From NCBI GenBank assembly GCA_051294375.1, contig JBJCIZ010001211.1, positions 1-7,240 of the forward strand: a stretch of DNA of 7,240 nucleotides, given 5' to 3'. The notes under the pieces are model-generated. The model made no database searches. It was not told the origin of the DNA and saw only the letters and a program-made list of their open reading frames with translations. This document shows, piece after piece, positions 1 to 7,213 of this stretch. A program made the translations under genes and the position numbers. Each line of letters opens with the position of its first letter. Position 1 is the stretch's first letter. This DNA comes from Paraspadella gotoi (taxonomy: Eukaryota; Animalia; Chaetognatha).

Positions 1-28
1 AGGAGAGAGGATTCTGTCCGCTGTCCCG
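1..28 (+). CDS. Candidate 3' end of a coding exon (partial; frame 2 reads GERILSAVP), product unknown
   Basis: GC-rich segment ending at a good donor CCG|GTACGT (GT at 29-30), followed by an abrupt switch to very AT-rich sequence. All three frames are open over 1-28, so the frame is inferred. Confidence 0.4.
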
Positions 29-319
29 GTACGTAAATTGTTTTGCCTGCTTTTTTTTAACCATATTTACATTTTTTGGAAAAATTAATTATATATGGTA
101 ATATTTATCTATCTATCCTAGATGCTAATATATGTAATAATTAAATCTATCTATCTATCATATATATATATTTTATTATAAGTATCGTAATTTATAGTAA
201 TCTATTATATCTAGATATCTATCCATGTATCTATATTTGCTTCATATTTTTCTCGTGAACTGTTGAAGACCCTTTCTACTCCTCCCTGCCTCCTTCCTTT
301 CTCTTCCTCCTCTATATAG
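29..319 (+). other. Candidate GT-AG spliceosomal intron (291 nt)
   Basis: Starts GTACGT, has an AT-rich body and a ~45-nt polypyrimidine tract (~270-313), and ends TATATAG|G (AG at 318-319). Confidence 0.55.
104..238. repeat. Degenerate (TATC)n/(TA)n microsatellite inside the candidate intron
   Basis: Repeated tatctatctatc, atctatctatc and tatatatata units. Confidence 0.7.
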
Positions 320-391
320 GAACTAAACTTCTTCTTGCGCTCGACCGGCAACACCGGAAAACTTTTTATGCCTATCGAAAATGGACACTAA
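320..391 (+). CDS. Candidate terminal coding exon, ELNFFLRSTGNTGKLFMPIENGH* (phase 0 join to 1-28), product unknown
   Basis: Follows a strong acceptor and has complex, more GC-rich composition. TAA at 389-391 lies immediately before a GA microsatellite. An alternative spliced frame (RREDSVRCPGTKLLLALDRQHRKTFYAYRKWTLK...) is also open. No family recognised. Confidence 0.4.
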   Translation, partial: ELNFFLRSTGNTGKLFMPIENGH

Positions 392-420
392 AGAGAGAGA
401 GGAGAAAGAGAGAGAGAGAG

Positions 421-455
<35 letters not shown>

Positions 456-473
456 AGAGAAGAGAGAGAGAGA
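392..473. repeat. Imperfect (GA)n microsatellite
   Basis: Directly visible, ~80 nt pure purine tract. Confidence 0.95.
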
Positions 474-570
474 CCACCTCTTGTTTTTGTCGACGCCATT
501 TTTTTAAGTCGGATTTACTAATTTTAGGTTTTTCAAGATGTCAGTTATATTTCGTATAAAAAGCGTATTT

Positions 571-770
571 AAAAAAAAACAAAAAACACAAAACACAAAA
601 AAATGAAAAAAAAACCAAACAAAAACAAAAAACAAAAAATAAAAAAAATCTTTAAAAATTTAAAATAAAATAAAGTTCTTTCAAATTTGACTCCTAAATT
701 TATATTACAAACGTCGTTGATTATTCAAAACCAAAACAAAAAAAAATCAAAATTTTTTTTATAGAATTCG
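571..770. repeat. A-rich low-complexity tract, (CAAAA)n-like
   Basis: Runs of A punctuated by C/T. Confidence 0.75.
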
Positions 771-781
771 ATTCATTTCAA

Positions 782-784
<3 letters not shown>

Positions 785-875
<91 letters not shown>
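785..875. repeat. Perfect (TC)~45 microsatellite
   Basis: Directly visible, followed immediately by AATAAA at 876-881. Confidence 0.97.
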
Positions 876-876
<1 letters not shown>

Positions 877-1169
877 ATAAAATGTAAATTTAATTTTTTC
901 GAAAATCTTTTTATGAAAGAAGTAAAAGGTAAGGTAAAGAGAGAAGTGAAAGGGAGAAAGGAAAGAAAAGTTTGAGAAGAAAGAGAAGGAAAATAATAAT
1001 AATGTGATCACACGATTACATTACTAAATTTATGTATAACAAACGTCTTTATATTGTATTTGTAATTACGATAAGCACCGCATTGGAATTCCGTCTTTCA
1101 TTCTTTATAGTTTTAGGATTTCCTGAAGGCGGCGCGAGCAGTCACTGAGATTTGAGGTTTTTCCTGTCT

Positions 1170-1315
1170 TAACAAATGAGCTACCATGGGCTAGTTCTGA
1201 GCATTTTTAATGTAAGTGCGACCGACTGACGGATAGACATACCGACCGAAAGACCGACCGAAAAGTGACTTATAGAGTTGCTCCGCGAGTACTCGCGGCG
1301 CAACTAAAAAAAAAA
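1170..1315 (-). mobile_element. Short non-autonomous Helentron/HINE (DINE-1/MINE-like) element or its terminal fragment
   Basis: The minus strand reads T10-AGTTGCGCCGCGAGTACTCGCGGAGCAACT-CTATAAGTCAC, then a degenerate (GGTC/CGTC)n tetranucleotide tract (1219-1260), then a weak hairpin ending ...TTGTT near 1171. A T-tract, terminal palindrome and adjacent tetranucleotide microsatellite is the typical HINE/DINE-1 layout. The lower-coordinate boundary is uncertain. Confidence 0.6.
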
Positions 1316-1659
1316 GGGTCTCTCTTTTTCCTTAATTAGGGGAAATAAAAAAGGAAAGGAAAAAGGAAGGAAAGTTTTACGATACGAGAGGCAGGATGGG
1401 GGATAAAGAATATTGATTAATGAGGGTGAAAAAACAATTGGAAATCTCGAATTAAAAATCACAGCTATGAATCGTTTTATTAATGTAATTAAATAAATAC
1501 ACATTTCAATTTGTTCTTCCTCTTCTTGTTTAAGTATTGTTCTTCTTTATTTTTTTTTTATTTTTTTTCTCTCGACATCGATTCATCCCTGTACAAAAAT
1601 CTCGCCGACCTGCGGAGGAAGAGCACTCTGCGCGGTTAAGAAAGGCAAGGCAACGCTCT

Positions 1660-1710
1660 CGTCCGTTCGTTCGTCCGTCCGTCCGTCGTCGGCGTCGTCT
1701 TTCGTCTCGT
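1660..1710. repeat. Short (CGTC/CGTT)n-(CGT)n microsatellite
   Basis: cgtccgttcgttcgtccgtccgtccgtcgtc. Confidence 0.75.
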
Positions 1711-1829
1711 TCTACTTCTTTACATGCGAGAAAAATAGATTTGATTTTTGCACACAAACAATTCGTCACTTGCAAAGATTTCTTTGAGGGAGAGCAGAAG
1801 ACTTCTTCTCGGTACAGTATTCCATCAAG

Positions 1830-2345
1830 GGATGGAGACGATGAGACGCACGAGATAGACGACTGATGGACATGGAGATGATGAGAGCACCTGACGAGAG
1901 ATGAGAGGAGCAGAGAAAGAGAGGAAAAGAAGAGAAAAATAGTTTTTGTATTTTCTTTTTGAACAACAAAGGAAAAAAAAAATGAGAAGGAGGAAACGGA
2001 GAACTTCAGTCTCCCGCGCAAGCGAGAGGAGAGAACACTATGAAGTCGATGATGGGAGATCGCGGGGCTGAGAGAGAGACGGAGATGAGAGTGACGGGAC
2101 GCAACCGACGTAGATCGAGAGGACGAAGAACGACCTAGCATGAAAGGACGAAGCATGAGAGATATCGAGGAAGAGATGAGACATGAGAGAATTGACTGAT
2201 TGAGAGAAGTTTTTATGTGAGACCTTGAGCAAAAGACACAAAGACGCAAATACAGCCGGAACCGCCGGAGGAAAAATGACGCAACGACATCCGACGACGC
2301 GACGACGGGACGACGTAAAAAATGGCGGGTTGAGAAGGGAGAAAA
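1830..2345. repeat. Purine-rich low-complexity region (decayed or noisy GA/GAC/GAT repeats)
   Basis: Strong A/G bias with scrambled gagacg/gatgag/gacgac words. It accounts for much of the S/L/R/F-rich 287-aa minus-strand ORF. Confidence 0.6.
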
Positions 2346-2929
2346 CAATAAAACAAATCTTTTCGAAAAAAGTGAATCTTTACTCCTGTACACTGTACAG
2401 TTTATGGTTCGGTTTGCTACAAAAACTGCCTCCGATCCAAAAAAATTACGAAACTAAAAGAAAGATACTATTTCGCCAAAAACACAGTAGGGCTCTATTA
2501 TTATTTAAAAAAATGTTAAATAGGTAATAAAAGTTTACACAATTCCGGTTGCACTAGTAGTTTTTCAGATTTCAGATCTGCTAAAAATTACATTTTTGTT
2601 TAGAAGTTTCTTCGACAGAATTTTGCATATCTATGATATATATAACATTATATATTATAGTTATATTATTTTTAACCTTGTATCCACTCATTCGTATTTC
2701 CTGAGAAAAAAATTTTACTACTCCATTTTACCTATTTTTACTTATTTAAATTTAATTTTATATCTAATATTTGTGGAGCGCACGCGCTTGTGCTGTTAAA
2801 GTTAACCGACATATTACAAAGTGTTGCTAACTAGATTTTCGCTTGTAGATTTGTTATGATCTATAATTATACATAAGTTTTGCGACGTTATAAGCGGCGT
2901 TCTTTACTTGGCGCGTCAAGTTTTCCGGC

Positions 2930-3357
2930 GGTTTAATAGTCTAAGGGTCTAATGATTTAAGGTTCAAGGGTTTTGAGGGTTTTAAAGTATATACCGTGTT
3001 TTAGGATTTAAAGGATTATTGATGGTCTGATTGTTTAAAGTTTTAAGGTGTCAGAGTTTAAGGGTTTTTAGGCGTTTAAGTGTTTATGGTTTAAAGGTAT
3101 AGGTATTTAAGAGGTTTAGGGGCCTTTAAGAGTTTAAAGGGATAAAGATTTAAGGGTTTAAGGTTTTGAATGGTATAAGGGTTTAAGAGGTTTAAGGTTT
3201 TAGGAGTTTAAGTGTTTATCGTTTAAAGGTTTAAGGTTTTATGTGTTTAGTGGGTTCAAGAATTAAGGGTTTAAAGTTAAGGGTTTAAGAAGTTTAAGGT
3301 TTTAAGGGTTTAAGCGTTTCTTTAAGGGGTTTAAGGGGTTTAGGGTAGGTTTTAAGG
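2930..3357 (+). repeat. Degenerate ~8-bp minisatellite, consensus TTTAAGGG (telomere-like)
   Basis: Dozens of variants (tttaaggg, tttaaagg, tttaagag, tttaagtg, ttttaagg, tttaggg), with very little C on the + strand. Confidence 0.9.
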
Positions 3358-3429
3358 TCGGACGGAATCCAATAAAAACAGTTTTTTGTCTTCAAATCTC
3401 AACATTTCGACTTTTATCATTGGAATCGA

Positions 3430-3757
3430 ATTTAATTTTTGTTTTTTATTTCTTTGTTTTCTCAGATGTTTTTATGTTTCTTCTCTTTCCCTCTTTTGTT
3501 TTCCTTCATTATTTTTCTATTCTTGTTTTTCTTTCATATTATCTTTACTTTGTTTATTTCCCTTTTTTGTTTCTTTTTCCTTTTATCTTTTTTGGTTTTT
3601 TGTTGTTTTTTTTTTATTTCTTTTCTCTTTTCCTCTTTTCCTTCTTTTTTATTTTCATTTCTCTATATCTTTTTTTTCACTTTTTTGTGTTTTCCTTCTT
3701 CTAGTATTTTCCTTTTCTTTTTCCTTATTTTACTTTTTTATTTCTTTTTTTTTTCCC
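3430..3757. repeat. T-rich/pyrimidine-rich low-complexity tract
   Basis: Runs of T punctuated by C/A/G. It produces Phe-rich ORFs in all three + frames. Confidence 0.9.
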
Positions 3758-4014
3758 ACTGATTTACGAGAATTGGTTCGCCTCCGTCTTAAGATGAAGG
3801 TTTCTCGCTCGCCTCGTTCAGCTGATGCCCTTAGACCTGAACCTTTGGTTCTCATCTCTACTTAACACAATCCATCCACCACATTGTAATCCCTCCCCAC
3901 CTAAACCACTAACCACAGTTCACTTTCTGTCTACAACCCACAGAAAGAACGATCTTCGGAATCCCTTTTCAATGTTTTTTGATCCCCATTTGACATGATG
4001 TCCTCTAACCAATT

Positions 4015-4334
4015 ACCACTTTTCTTTCTGTTTTTTATTTCCCCATGTTTCATGTCACTGCTTTCGCCGCATTTCCATGTTTTTTCATTCTACCCCTTTT
4101 CCATAAAAATTTGTGCAACCCAATATAAATAAGCTATCCTTGCCCTTGGACTTTGGACAGGCTTTGTTTGGTTTTAGGTCTCAATCACTCTTACAAGACC
4201 TGGCGGGTCCCTGCAGCCGTTCAATCAAAACTCTCTCACAGTTTCGTTTAGATCACTTCCATTTTCCCATGTTTTTTCTTTCTCCCCATTTCATGTCACT
4301 CCTTCCCCTCCAACTTTTCCAAGTTTTTCATTCC
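4015..4334 (+). repeat. Diverged direct repeat pair (~4015-4092 and ~4256-4334)
   Basis: TTTCATGTCACT at 4048-4059 and 4289-4300, each preceded by tgtttttt..ccccat and followed by ttcca(t/a)gtttttcattc-like sequence. Confidence 0.65.
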
Positions 4335-4461
4335 CAGACTATTTTTTTTTTGTTTTGTTTGTTTTCATTTTTGTTCGTTTTTTTACGCTATATAGTTTTC
4401 TATTTTCTATTTTCTTTTCCTCGCATTGAAAAATTCGAAGCCGAAGCGGAATTGGTTTGTT

Positions 4462-4500
4462 CGACCTGGAGCGACTTGGAGCGATTGGAGCGACTGGAGC
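4462..4500 (+). repeat. Four-copy 9-10 bp tandem repeat CGA(C)YTGGAG
   Basis: cgacctggag cgacttggag cgattggag cgactggag. Confidence 0.85.
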
Positions 4501-4665
4501 CGTCAGTTAATATATATTGATAATAATAAACAGAAGAACTAATGGAATGTAGCTGAAGAATTAGCCGCATTTAGAGTAGTACTTGTAGAAGATTAGCAAT
4601 AGTTGTAGTTTCCCTAACCAGACCGACAGACAAACCGAAATACAGACAAGACGAATTAACGCTCT

Positions 4666-4668
<3 letters not shown>

Positions 4669-4736
<68 letters not shown>
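4669..4736. repeat. Perfect (AG)34 microsatellite
   Basis: Directly visible. Confidence 0.97.
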
Positions 4737-4737
<1 letters not shown>

Positions 4738-4933
4738 AGCACGAAGGAAAAGCATCGTCATCGGAATATAGTTTCGTTTCAATTTAAAAAAATGAAAAAC
4801 AAACAAAACAAAAAATGAAAAAAAACAACAAAAAAAAACGAATTTTTCGGTTCGGAATCAAATTGGATCAAAACATTGCGATGACGAATCCCACGTCGAG
4901 CTGTGTTTTCAAAGGGCGACGGACCGAGAAACC

Positions 4934-5072
4934 CGACGAGGACGACGATGACGACGACGACGACGACGACGACGAGAGACGATAGACGAACAACGACGAT
5001 GAACACGATCGACGACCACGACGACGACTGAACGATGACGAACGACGACGACGACGACGATGACGACGACGA

Positions 5073-5107
<35 letters not shown>

Positions 5108-5121
5108 CGACGACGACGATG
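4934..5121. repeat. Interrupted (GAC)n trinucleotide repeat (~190 nt)
   Basis: Long gacgacgac runs with GAT/GAA variants and small indels. Confidence 0.95.
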
Positions 5122-5211
5122 AAACGGAACCAGACGCCTCCTTGACGCTGCCCCGCCGGCTTCCGTGTCAATCCGACTGAGCGCGAATTGCAGCTGCGAA
5201 GACGCGAAGCT

Positions 5212-5224
5212 GTTGCTTAGCAAC
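5212..5224. promoter_or_regulatory. Candidate RFX X-box, GTTGCTTAGCAAC
   Basis: Perfect inverted half-sites GTTGCT-N-AGCAAC matching the RFX consensus GTTGCY-N(1-2)-RGCAAC, set in a CpG-rich island. Confidence 0.45.
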
Positions 5225-5251
5225 GGACGCAGCAGCGAAAAAATACGTTTG

Positions 5252-5320
5252 GTAAGTCGCCTCACCCTTTCCCGTTGAGACGGCAGTGCACCTTGGCGGT
5301 CGTTCTGTCTTTGTTTGCAG
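5252..5320 (+). other. Candidate short intron (69 nt); alternative acceptor at 5417
   Basis: Consensus donor TG|GTAAGT (5252-5257). Acceptors are ttctgtctttgtttgcAG (5319-5320) and gttttttactttacAG (5416-5417). Confidence 0.4.
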
Positions 5321-5668
5321 TTTTACTTAAGTTGAGTATGATTAATGTAATACTTAGCCGAAAGCTGCGGTATCATTCGTGTTAATACTTTGGTTAAACT
5401 AGTTTTTTACTTTACAGATAAGCCCAAACATTTTATATAATTGGGTACATAAAAAAAAGTTTATTAGAATTAGAGATTTGGGTTCTTATTATTTTGAACG
5501 ACGGTGAAATTAATCACTCAAGATTTGTGATCACGATTACAAGTCACGAATCACGAATCACGGAGATTTAATAAACTTGAGTCGTGACAGAAAGTTGAGA
5601 TGAACAATAGAGATGTTGGTTAATTGTTTTATTTCGCGACAAAGTCAGGAAAAGAAGGGTTAAATAGA

Positions 5669-5694
5669 CTCTCTCTCTCTCTCTTCTCTCTCTC

Positions 5695-5746
<52 letters not shown>

Positions 5747-5769
5747 TATATTTTCCCCAGTTCGCCCCC

Positions 5770-5817
<48 letters not shown>

Positions 5818-5849
5818 ATTTCCCTCAGTTCGCCCCTCTCTCTGTTCTC

Positions 5850-5927
<78 letters not shown>
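5669..5927. repeat. Compound (CT)n array with two embedded copies of a 23-bp unique unit
   Basis: ttatattttccccagttcgcccc (5746-5768) and ttatatttccctcagttcgcccc (5814-5836) are separated by CT repeats. Confidence 0.9.
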
Positions 5928-6070
5928 CGCTTCCCATCCCTACTTTGAACTAAACGAGCGCAGTATATTAATTAGGCGAATGACCTTCTTAAAACGAGAG
6001 ACTCGCGGTGAATGACGAGTCGCGTCTAATCGTCGTAAAGCAAAGATCGTTAGCGAGGCGATCAAGGGAA

Positions 6071-6104
6071 CTCTCTATCTCTCTCTCTCTCTCTTCTCTC
6101 TTCT

Positions 6105-6167
<63 letters not shown>

Positions 6168-6187
6168 CTCTCTCTCTCTCTCTCTCT
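6071..6187. repeat. Imperfect (CT)n microsatellite
   Basis: Directly visible. Confidence 0.95.
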
Positions 6188-6189
6188 TT

Positions 6190-6224
6190 CATTCTCCATC
6201 TTTCTGTCTGCCTCCATGTTTCAG
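6190..6224 (+). other. Candidate strong splice acceptor (AG at 6223-6224) preceding a possible exon from 6225
   Basis: Long pyrimidine tract ending TTTCAG|A, followed by ~65 nt of complex, more GC-rich sequence. Confidence 0.35.
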
Positions 6225-6854
6225 AACCGAGTGCACTGTACTACGGGCGCCATATCTCGTCAAGTGCAAACTCGGAAATTTTACCTTAAACTCATTTGCA
6301 TATTGTAGTGTTACTTAATACGTTTGTTCCTTTGATCATAAACTTTTCAATTTTCGTTCCCCATAAAAAAAAATTGCCAACTTTAGATTCACGTTTAGTG
6401 CAATGAGGTGTTTAAAAAAATATATCGATTCTACAGTCTGAAGAAAATATGGCTAAAAAAAAACATTTAAATGATGACAATTCCGGAGAAAGTGAGGACT
6501 TAATCCATCATTTAAGGGTTTTGCTTTCTCCGCCCCAACCGTTAAAATTGCCAGTTGAGATTTTTACTTTTTAAGGCCGGGCTAAAAAAAAAAGCCCCCA
6601 AATATGACTTTCACAAAACCATTCATTTAATTGTCTTTGTTTGTGAAAAAATATTGGTATATTGCCATACAACGACACTAAAAGCTGGAAACAAAACCCG
6701 AAATCAAGCAAAACAAAAAAAGGAAAATAAAACCGGAAAAAAAAACGAACGAAAAAAAAACGAACCTTTAAACGCTGAGGACTTTGTGACGAAAATCTGG
6801 ACCCAAGAGTGGAAAACAAGAAACGAAAAAAGCTTGTGAGCTTTCTACGCCATT

Positions 6855-6958
6855 CTCCTCTTCTCTCTCTCTCTCTCTTCTCTACTCTCCTCTCTCCTTC
6901 TCTCTCTCTCTTTCTCTCTTCTCTCGTCTCTTTCTCCTCTCTTCTCTCTTTCCTCTCA
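6855..6958. repeat. Degenerate (CT)n/(CTT) pyrimidine tract
   Basis: Directly visible. Confidence 0.9.
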
Positions 6959-7109
6959 CTGCTTCACGCTTATGCAACTCACTAGCTTCTTAGTAATTTA
7001 ATTTTCTGTCCAAGTCATCATATCGATTCTCACAAAGTTACTCGTCCGACATCCGGTTCTTTCAATATCTCTTACTCAACTATGCTGCACAACGGCTACT
7101 CTTTTGTAT

Positions 7110-7213
7110 CCTCTCTCTCGTCTCTTCTCTCTGCGTCTGCTCTCTCTTCTTCTCTCTCTCTTCTCTCTACTCTCTCTCTCTCTCATCTCTTCTCTGCTCT
7201 TCCTCTCTCTTCT
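7110..7213. repeat. Degenerate (CT)n pyrimidine tract, followed by a possible acceptor GCAG|C at 7231-7232
   Basis: The tract is directly visible; the acceptor is inference. Confidence 0.85.

Noticed and set aside
470-499. Minus-strand AAAATGGCG start reading MASTKTRGG
   Set aside because: Good start context, but it runs straight into a CT microsatellite with only a weak donor and conflicts with the better-supported + strand splice structure.
1530-2393. 287-aa minus-strand ORF (and overlapping small ORFs)
   Set aside because: The S/R/L/F-rich composition is explained by purine-skewed low-complexity DNA. It crosses poly-T/A runs and has no recognisable domain.
2900-2932. E2F-like words (TTGGCGCG, TTTTCCGGCG)
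   Set aside because: Short imperfect matches with no evidence of a transcription start.
3386-3865. Three overlapping Phe-rich ORFs resembling membrane proteins
   Set aside because: Open in all three frames because a T-rich tract lacks stop codons.
4462-4500. Short tandem repeat considered as CRISPR-like or iteron-like
   Set aside because: The units are 9-10 bp with no spacers, there are no cas or rep genes, and the context is eukaryotic.
4620-4660. GACC/GACA-like tract similar to the HINE microsatellite
   Set aside because: No adjacent palindrome or T-tract terminus, so a second element cannot be supported.
4561-5265. Minus-strand ORFs with poly-SL, poly-R, poly-S and poly-V
   Set aside because: Direct translations of the (CT)n and (GTC)n microsatellites.
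5624-6289. SL-repeat and RE-repeat ORFs
   Set aside because: Translations of CT/GA dinucleotide arrays.
6294-6301. Octamer motif ATTTGCAT
   Set aside because: A single 8-mer in AT-rich DNA with no snRNA-like gene or PSE nearby.
6000-6597. Small hairpins GACTCG/CGAGTC (6000-6021) and GGGCT-A9-AGCCC (6579-6597)
   Set aside because: Stems of 5-6 bp are expected by chance, and neither has terminator or tRNA structure.
6555-6839. 94-aa ORF ending EPLNAEDFVTKIWTQEWKTRNEKSL
   Set aside because: It passes through poly-A runs, has a non-ATG start, and has no acceptor in front of the complex part.
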